Shown piece after piece: positions 58,781 to 64,000 of a DNA stretch of 64,000 bases. The notes beneath the pieces were generated by a model, which worked only from the letters and a program-made list of their open reading frames with translations, was not told the origin of the DNA and did not search any database. Position numbers and translations under genes: made by a program. Numbering within the stretch: the first letter of the stretch is position 1; the number at the start of each line of letters is the position of its first letter. Source of the stretch: an uncultured Chloroflexia bacterium (lineage in GTDB: Bacteria > Chloroflexota > Limnocylindria > Limnocylindrales > CSP1-4); the NCBI GenBank assembly GCA_963833225.1, contig CAWHXD010000006.1:64001-128000 (forward strand), given 5' to 3'.

Positions 58781-60124
58781 TCAGGCAGCCAGATCCGCCC
58801 GCAGGATACGGGCCGCGCCGGCACCCAGCTCCTGGAGCGCCCGGTCCAGCACCGGGTCGTCGCCGGGCGTGGCCGGCGGCTGATCGACCACGATGTCGGG
58901 CTCGATGCCGACGCGGTGCACCCACGTCCGGTCCGGTGTCAGCCACTTGGCGATCGTGAGCCGGAAACCACCGCTGTCGTCCTCGAGCTGGGTCCATTGC
59001 TGGACCGTACCCTTGCCGAACGTCCGGGTGCCGATCAGCGTCGCCCGCCCGCGATCGTGCAGCGCCCCCGCCACGATCTCCGATGCCGAGGCCGATCCAC
59101 CGTCTACGAGGAGCATCACCCGGATGCTCGGGTCCACGGCCACGCCGCCCGGCCTGGCAACGGTCTCGAGGAGCGACCCGTCGGCAGCCTCCTGCCAGAA
59201 GATGGTGCCGTCGGGAATGAACTGGCTCGCGATGTCACGGGCCGCGGTCACGTACCCGCCGGGGTTGCCGCGCAGGTCCACGATCAGCTTCGTCCGTCCC
59301 GCGTTGACGTCCTCGGTGAGCGCCGCAAGGAACTGCTGGGAGGCGTGATCGGAGAAGCCCGAGAGGCGGATGTAGCCCACGGTCCCGCCGGCCAGGTCCC
59401 TGGCCTCGACCTCCGGCCTGACGATCACGTCGCGGACGATCTCCACGTCCCGTGGCGCCTCGTCGGCCCGCTCGATGGTGAGCACCACCGCCGTGCCCTT
59501 TGGCCCCCGGACGTCGACGAGGACGTCGTCGAGCGTTCGACCGTCGTTGGGAACGTCATCGACCTGCGTCACCACGTCACCCGGCTGGAGGCCTGCACGG
59601 TCGGCCGGCAAATCCTTGATGGGGGCGATGATGACCATCCGGCAGTCCGGCCCGAGATCGCGGCAGGACGAGCTGGCTCCGGCGCCGTCGACCGTGCCGA
59701 TGGTGGCCCCGATTCCCTCGAACTCGCCCGAGATCCCCTCCAGGCTCTGCTTGAACTCGTCGGACGTGAGGTAGGAGGAGTACGGGTCGTCGAGCGCACC
59801 GATCATCCCCTTGATGGCGCCTTCCACGAGGGCCTTCCGATCGACCTCGCCGCCGGCATAGCGCTCGGTGACCGCGCGGTAGGCGTCCCAGAAGGGCTGG
59901 AACAGCTCGGTCTCGTTGGCCGGGGTGCCGGGCGTGAGCGCCACCTGCCGGCCGAGGCTCCAGCCCGAGAGGAAGAGCACGCTGCCGGCGAGGACGGCGA
60001 TCAGGCTGGCCGCCACGATGGTGGTTGCGGTCCGGCGGGCCGGTCGGCCGGAGCCCGGCGCCACGGCGGGTGACGGGGCAGCCGGGGCCTCGGGGTCCGG
60101 GGCGGCTTGAGGTTCGAGGGACAT
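58781..60124 (-). CDS. S41 carboxy-terminal processing protease (CtpA family)
   Basis: LDDPYS, PDZ GIGA, VDLRGNPGG, SASASEI, TFGKG. Confidence 0.93.
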   Translation of the reverse strand: MSLEPQAAPDPEAPAAPSPAVAPGSGRPARRTATTIVAASLIAVLAGSVLFLSGWSLGRQVALTPGTPANETELFQPFWDAYRAVTERYAGGEVDRKALVEGAIKGMIGALDDPYSSYLTSDEFKQSLEGISGEFEGIGATIGTVDGAGASSSCRDLGPDCRMVIIAPIKDLPADRAGLQPGDVVTQVDDVPNDGRTLDDVLVDVRGPKGTAVVLTIERADEAPRDVEIVRDVIVRPEVEARDLAGGTVGYIRLSGFSDHASQQFLAALTEDVNAGRTKLIVDLRGNPGGYVTAARDIASQFIPDGTIFWQEAADGSLLETVARPGGVAVDPSIRVMLLVDGGSASASEIVAGALHDRGRATLIGTRTFGKGTVQQWTQLEDDSGGFRLTIAKWLTPDRTWVHRVGIEPDIVVDQPPATPGDDPVLDRALQELGAGAARILRADLAA

Positions 60125-60208
60125 GGCGGGGATCTCGAGCGGGTTCGACCGGCGGGCGGCCAGCGTACCGCCAGAGCGCCGAGCCTGCGTGCGGAGGCGG
60201 TGGACCGG

Positions 60209-61093
60209 CTACCGGATCAGATAGGTGCGCACCGACAGCCAGGAGCCGAGGACCCCGAGCCCGAGGCCCGTCGCGAGCACCAGCGCCGCGGTGTCGCGCC
60301 CGACCGTCCCGAGCTGCAGTGGCAGCACGTTGAAGAAGCCGACCATCGCCTGCGACAGCGGGTCCGCGGCGAGCGCGAGCAGGCCCAGGGTCAGCAGCGC
60401 CCCCAGCAGGCCGACGAGGGCACCCTCGAACACGAATGGCCAGCGGATGAACGAATCGGACGCACCCACCAGGCGCATGATCTCGATCTCCTCGGCCCGC
60501 GCCACGACCGCCAGCCGGATCGTGTTCACGATGATGAACAGCACGATCACCCCGACGATCGCGACCATCGCCACGCCCGCCGTCCGCACGAACCCGGTGA
60601 CCGTCACGACCCGGCCAACCAGGGCCTCGATGTTGAGCACGTTGCGCACGATCGGGTCGTCACGGAGGGCGCCCACGACGGCATCGAGGTCGCCGGGCGC
60701 GGTGAGCTTCACGTTGACGCTCGCATACAGCGGGTTGGAGTCGAGGTACTGGGTGAGGTCTTCGCGGCCCTGCGCCTCCTGGGTCTGGCGGAACCTCGCC
60801 AGGGCCTCGTCACGGGTGATGAACTCCACCGATGCGGTTTCGGGCATGGCATCGATCCGGGCCACCAGGTCGTCGACCTGGGCCTGCGTCGCGGTGTTCT
60901 CGACGTACGCCACGACCTCGACCTTCTGCTCCACGAAGGCCAGGCTCGCGAGGAGGACGTTCTGGAGCAGGAAGAAGCCCGCCAGGAGCAGGAGCATCAG
61001 GACCATCGTGAGCGTGGCCGCGAGACTCATCAGCGCGTTGCGCCAGAACCCCTGCCAGGCCCGCCCGAGCGAGAACAGCACGAAGGCGATCAC
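60209..61093 (-). CDS. ftsX: Cell division permease FtsX
   Basis: RNALMS, NPL, IVNTIRL, EIEIMRLVGASDSFIRWPFVFEG. Confidence 0.95.
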   Translation of the reverse strand: MIAFVLFSLGRAWQGFWRNALMSLAATLTMVLMLLLLAGFFLLQNVLLASLAFVEQKVEVVAYVENTATQAQVDDLVARIDAMPETASVEFITRDEALARFRQTQEAQGREDLTQYLDSNPLYASVNVKLTAPGDLDAVVGALRDDPIVRNVLNIEALVGRVVTVTGFVRTAGVAMVAIVGVIVLFIIVNTIRLAVVARAEEIEIMRLVGASDSFIRWPFVFEGALVGLLGALLTLGLLALAADPLSQAMVGFFNVLPLQLGTVGRDTAALVLATGLGLGVLGSWLSVRTYLIR

Positions 61094-61096
61094 TCG

Positions 61097-61882
61097 TCAG
61101 TCCTCGCGGTGGTAGGTCGCGCCGGTCTCGTCGCGGATGATCCGGCCGTCCTCGAGCGCCACGACACGCTTGCGAAGCGCGGTGACCACCTCCGCATCGT
61201 GGGTCGCCATGAGGATCGTCACGCCCAGCTCGTTGATGCGGAGCAGCAGCTGGATGATCTCCCAGCTGATGACGGGATCCAGGTTCCCGGTCGGCTCGTC
61301 GGCGATGATGATCCTCGGGTCGTGGACGAGGGCGCGGGCGATGGCGGTCCGCTGCTGCTCGCCGCCCGAGAGCTGCGTGGGCATCTGGTCCGCCTGGCCC
61401 GTGAGCCCCACGAGCGCAAGGACCCGATCCACGGCCGGGCGGATCTCGCGTCTGGGCGTGCCGGTGACCTCGAGCGCGAAGGCCACGTTCTCACGCACCG
61501 ACTTGCGGGGCAGGAGCTTGAAGTCCTGGAACACGATCCCGATCTTGCGCCGGATCCTCGGCACCTGCCGGCGCTTGATCCGGGCAAGGTCATGGCCGTC
61601 AACCAGGACGTCGCCGTGCGTCGCGAGCTCGTCGCGGATGATCAGCTTCATGATCGTGGACTTGCCGGCGCCCGATGGGCCAACGAGGAACACGAAGTCG
61701 CCCTCGGGGACGACCAGGTCCACGTCCTTGAGCGCCTCCTTGCCATTGGGGTAGCGCTTGGTCACGTCGTGGAACACGAGGAGCGCACCGTCGGCGTGCG
61801 GCCGTCGCCTGCGCCGGGTGAGCCGGTCGAACAGCGAGGGGGTCGCGGTGTGGCTGGGGGCGTCGCCCGGGATGACGGTCAT
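61097..61882 (-). CDS. ftsE: Cell division ATP-binding protein FtsE
   Basis: GPSGAGKST, VFQDFKLL, LSGGEQQR, ADEPTGNLD, ATHD; directly upstream of ftsX. Confidence 0.95.
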   Translation of the reverse strand: MTVIPGDAPSHTATPSLFDRLTRRRRRPHADGALLVFHDVTKRYPNGKEALKDVDLVVPEGDFVFLVGPSGAGKSTIMKLIIRDELATHGDVLVDGHDLARIKRRQVPRIRRKIGIVFQDFKLLPRKSVRENVAFALEVTGTPRREIRPAVDRVLALVGLTGQADQMPTQLSGGEQQRTAIARALVHDPRIIIADEPTGNLDPVISWEIIQLLLRINELGVTILMATHDAEVVTALRKRVVALEDGRIIRDETGATYHRED

Positions 61883-62017
61883 GTGCTCGCTCGGCGGGTG
61901 GTCGCGGCGAGGTCTCCGACCGAGGGCACAATCGAGGGAGCCACGTTCGCCTGAGGCTAGCACAGCGAGGCGGCGGACCGGCTGAGGCGGCGTGCCGGCC
62001 GCGCCGACACGGCGCGC

Positions 62018-63055
62018 TCAGACCAGGGCCAGCGAGATCGGGACGTAGCGTTCGAAGGGGTGATCCCGCCGCGACCAGCAGATGAGGGCGGGGAACCCGT
62101 CAAGCCGGAGGCCGGCGTCGAGCAGCGCCCGCGTGGCGACGTCGGCGGATCCCGGCACCCACATCGCGACCGCGCCCAGCATCGGCGTCTCGCGGACGGC
62201 CACGCCCAGGAGCGCGGGGTGGAGCGCGGGATCGAGCGCCGCGACGGGGCCAAGGCGCCCCCTGCCGGATCCGTACACGTAGCCCGCGACGTTCCCGGTG
62301 CGACGCTCGCGGACCAGGAACCCGGCCCGACCCTCGCGGCGAAGCCAGGCATGCTCCTGGGGATGTGCCGCCCCGATCAGCTCCCGGTCGAGCGCATCCA
62401 CGATGTCCGCGAGCCGCCGCTCCCCATCCTGCTCGCCCGATGCGATCGCCTCGAATGGCACGGCCTCGAGCGAGGCGGGCAGCAGTGGAACGGCCGACCA
62501 GCGCCGGATCTCGCCGATCAATCGCCATGCCGGGATGCGAGGCACCATGCCGCGCCGCGCGTACAGCGCGTTCGAGATCGGTTGCGCGGCGTCGGTGCAC
62601 ATGCCCCAGGTGTGGATGCCCGTGTCCAGGGGATCGTCCGGTCCTGGCACGGCCGGCCCCCCCGGGTCCACGTCGCGACCCGCTTGCGCCCGGTCCATGA
62701 GCGCCTGCCCCAGCCCGGCCGCCTGCCTTCCGGGTTGCACGAACAGCATCGCGAGAAACCAGATGCCCTCGCGGACCGTTGCCGACGAGAAGCCCACCAG
62801 CCGCTCACCGCCGCCGTCATCGCGGACCGTTGCCACCCAGTACCGCCCGGGGTCGGCCACGAGCAGGTGCGCGAGCAGCCGCCGCAGCGGCAGGACGTCG
62901 TCCGGCATCGGGGGCTGGGCGAGCCGAGCCTGGTAGTCGTCGACGGCCGCCTTGTGGAGCTGCGCGCAGGCATCGAGGTCCGACTCGCGTGCGGGTCGGT
63001 AGGCCGCCGGCCCAGGCGCGGGCGCGGCAGGGAGACCGGCCACCGGACCGGCCAC
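62018..63055 (-). CDS. GNAT-family acetyltransferase (tandem GNAT fold)
   Basis: YRPARESD, FLAMLFVQPGRQAAGLGQALM, ALYARRG; GAGGAG Shine-Dalgarno before GTG at 63055. Confidence 0.8.
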   Translation of the reverse strand: MAGPVAGLPAAPAPGPAAYRPARESDLDACAQLHKAAVDDYQARLAQPPMPDDVLPLRRLLAHLLVADPGRYWVATVRDDGGGERLVGFSSATVREGIWFLAMLFVQPGRQAAGLGQALMDRAQAGRDVDPGGPAVPGPDDPLDTGIHTWGMCTDAAQPISNALYARRGMVPRIPAWRLIGEIRRWSAVPLLPASLEAVPFEAIASGEQDGERRLADIVDALDRELIGAAHPQEHAWLRREGRAGFLVRERRTGNVAGYVYGSGRGRLGPVAALDPALHPALLGVAVRETPMLGAVAMWVPGSADVATRALLDAGLRLDGFPALICWSRRDHPFERYVPISLALV

Positions 63056-63059
63056 GGGT

Positions 63060-63998
63060 CTACTCCTCCCCGTCGACGTCGTCGGCGGACGGCGGCCGGC
63101 CCGTGGCGAGGCGGTCCAGCTCTGCCTGCATGAAGGCATCCAGGTCCCCGTCGAGCACGGCTCCCGTGTTCGACGTCTCGTGGGCTGACCGCAGGTCCTT
63201 GACCATCTGGTACGGGTGCAGGACATACGAGCGGATCTGGTTGCCCCAGCCGGCGGTGACGTGCTCACCGCGCAGCTTGCGCAGCTCCTCCTCGCGCTTC
63301 TCCAGCTCCACCTCGAGGAGGCGGGACTTGAGGACCCGGATCGCGAGCTCGCGGTTCTGGATCGCCGAGCGCTCGTTCTGGCAGGTGACGACGATCCCGG
63401 TCGGGATGTGGGTCAGCCGGATCGCCGACTCCGTTTTCTGGACGTGCTGCCCACCTGCGCCCGAGCTGCGGAACGTGTCGGTCCGGATCTCGTCCCAGTT
63501 GAGCTCGATCTCGACATCATCGTCCGCCTCGGGCATGACCTCGATCAGGGCAAAGGTCGTCTGGCGGCGCTTCTGCGCGTCGTACGGGCTGATTCGGACC
63601 AGGCGGTGGACGCCGCGCTCGACCCGCAGCCAGCCGTAGGCAAACCGCCCCGTGACGGTGATCGTCGCGCTCTTGATCCCCGCCTGCTCACCAGGCTGGG
63701 AGTCCAGGATCTCGGTCTTGAAGCGGTGGCGCTCGGTCCAGCGCAGGTACATGCGCAGCAGCATCTCGGCCCAGTCCGTGGCCTCGGTGCCGCCCGCGCC
63801 GGCGCTGATCGTGACCACGGCGTTCTTGGCGTCATAGTCGCCGGAGAACAGCAGGAGGGTCCGCTCGCGCTCGAACACCGTGCGAAGCCCATCGGCCTCC
63901 CGGGCGACCTCGGCCTCGGTGTCGTCGTCGGGGCTCTCGTCGAGGAGGTCCAGCAGCTCCTCGAGATCCGCGGCGCGCTTCTCCAGCGAGCGCCAGAG
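63060..63998 (-). CDS. prfB: Peptide chain release factor 2 (5'-truncated by the window edge)
   Basis: GAGGTEA, GVHRLVRISPY, SSGAGGQHV (GGQ), WGNQIRSYVLHPY; frame open to the window end; prfB-ftsEX-smpB neighbourhood. Confidence 0.95.
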   Translation of the reverse strand, partial: LWRSLEKRAADLEELLDLLDESPDDDTEAEVAREADGLRTVFERERTLLLFSGDYDAKNAVVTISAGAGGTEATDWAEMLLRMYLRWTERHRFKTEILDSQPGEQAGIKSATITVTGRFAYGWLRVERGVHRLVRISPYDAQKRRQTTFALIEVMPEADDDVEIELNWDEIRTDTFRSSGAGGQHVQKTESAIRLTHIPTGIVVTCQNERSAIQNRELAIRVLKSRLLEVELEKREEELRKLRGEHVTAGWGNQIRSYVLHPYQMVKDLRSAHETSNTGAVLDGDLDAFMQAELDRLATGRPPSADDVDGEE

Positions 63999-64000
63999 GC

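Noticed and set aside
63060-64000. Programmed +1 frameshift of prfB
   Set aside because: The site would lie near the 5' end of the gene, outside this window.

Overview
Very GC-rich bacterial chromosome segment containing the replication origin. Gene content and style suggest a Chloroflexota-like monoderm (possibly Limnocylindria); this is inference only. From left to right: the end of the nuo operon (nuoM, nuoN); a TlpA / sortase-like pair; corA and an MFS transporter; an ArsR-led operon resembling mycobacterial phosphatidylinositol-mannoside synthesis (pgsA, ino1, two PatA-like acyltransferases, PHP, pimA-like), next to three GT-C-type glycosyltransferases (one a ~1790-aa double module) and a GT2; DUF151, a rhomboid and a membrane-anchored pseudo-PP2C; dciA-recF-dnaN-oriC-dnaA divergent from rpmH-rnpA-yidD-yidC-jag; accessory metal/arsenic and envelope-stress genes (frameshifted P1B-5 ATPase-hemerythrin, two ArsR, arsM, pspC); tmRNA; a urease paralog with a remodelled active site and no accessory genes; a Ser/Cys proline-racemase-family gene; smpB, an S41 protease, ftsEX and prfB. 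The best novel candidates are (1) an unannotated transcription unit upstream of smpB with a promoter, a maximal Shine-Dalgarno, a 16-codon ORF and long hairpins, (2) the divergent urease, and (3) the PIM/lipoglycan-like cluster with a candidate PIP phosphatase. Many genes appear to be leaderless. No CRISPR array, integrase or transposase was seen.
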